NCBI GenBank assembly: GCA_002269645.1
Contig: NIVC01002086.1
Span: forward strand, 62,001-126,000
Reading direction: 5' to 3'
Origin: Macrostomum lignano
Taxonomy: Eukaryota
Length of the DNA: 64,000 nt
In this document: piece after piece, positions 63,483 through 64,000 of the stretch
How the letters are laid out: each line of letters begins with the position of its first letter
Position numbering within the stretch: the stretch's first letter is position 1
The notes under the pieces: generated by a model
Seen by the model: only the letters and a program-made list of their open reading frames with translations
What the model was told of the DNA's origin: nothing
Databases searched by the model: none
Position numbers and translations under genes: made by a program

Positions 63483-64000
63483 GTGTCTGTGTGTCTGTCT
63501 GTCTGTCTGTCTGTGTGTCTGTCTGTCTGTCTCTGTCTGTCTGTCTGTCTCTCTGTCTGTCTCTCTGTCTGTCTGTCTGTGTGTCTGTCGGTCTGTCTGT
63601 CTGTCTGTCTGTCTTTCTTTCTGTCTGTCTGTCTATAGCGGGACTTTGTTCCATCACCGATATGTATCGTAGTAAACTTTGAATGCTAGGGTTCAAAGGG
63701 TTGAATTCGCGGTTGAGCAACCCCACCCCTTCTCTCTATGCATGGCTCAGGCCTACGCAGAGTCGGAGCTGAACAGGCTGCAGAACACCAGCGTACTCGG
63801 GGCGGCGTTTCACATCTGGTACGACGCTCACATTGCCAGCATTGGCGGCTTCCGAATGGGCCGGCCGGCGGGTGGACAGATCGACTGGGCCGAGCTGAAT
63901 GCCGGCTGGGGCCAGTGCGCCCTGCTGCTGCAGGCCGTGTCCCACAGGCTGGGCTTCGCCTCAACTGTGTACACCGTTTGGCCCTGCGCCAGCCAGTCCG
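61468..64000 (+). CDS. BECN1: Beclin-1/Atg6, 3'-partial; exons 61468..61659, 61748..62005, 62718..63104, 63751..>64000
   Basis: SFRCQRC (recalled SFVCQRC), [12 protein letters not shown] (DHPLCEEC), coiled coil [15 protein letters not shown] (YSEFKRQQLELDDEL), AFHIWY...IGGFRMGR...[17 protein letters not shown] (TFHIWH...INNFRLGR...VEWNEINAAWGQTVLLL). All introns are GT-AG, phase 0. Confidence 0.96.
62053..62665 (+). repeat. 12-bp telomere-like repeat (tctaaacccta[a/g])n in Beclin-1 intron 2
   Basis: The minus strand reads (TTAGGGTTTAGA / CTAGGGTTTAGA)n, about 50 units. Confidence 0.95.
63105..63632 (+). repeat. (GTCT)n/(GTGT) microsatellite in Beclin-1 intron 3
   Basis: Direct reading; it starts exactly at the donor GT. 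Confidence 0.97.

Noticed and set aside
63073-63726. CLSV and DRQT repeat ORFs
   Set aside because: Translations of the intronic (GTCT)n microsatellite.

Overview
Eukaryotic (animal) genomic DNA with GC-rich exons in AT-rich, repeat-dense sequence. The style suggests a macrostomid flatworm, but this is inference only. Six protein-coding genes can be assembled by hand with GT-AG splice sites and consistent phases. Minus strand: MRPL15 (runs off the left edge) and TMEM164. Plus strand: a secreted/anchored 2xSRCR-like + ZP-domain protein, an intronless INSM1/nerfin-type zinc-finger gene lacking a SNAG domain, a C14orf93-like protein, and Beclin-1 (runs off the right edge). A decayed BEL/Pao LTR retrotransposon (about 8.6-15.8 kb) carries three nested non-autonomous DNA transposons with clear TIRs and TSDs. 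One of these contains a 36-bp micro-copy of its own termini with its own perfect 8-bp TSD. Most longer introns and many intergenic intervals hold their own tandem array. Some arrays supply the splice sites themselves, and two upstream of housekeeping genes are built from CCAAT or ETS motifs. No rRNA, tRNA or CRISPR array was recognised. All alignments were done by eye; no database search was run.
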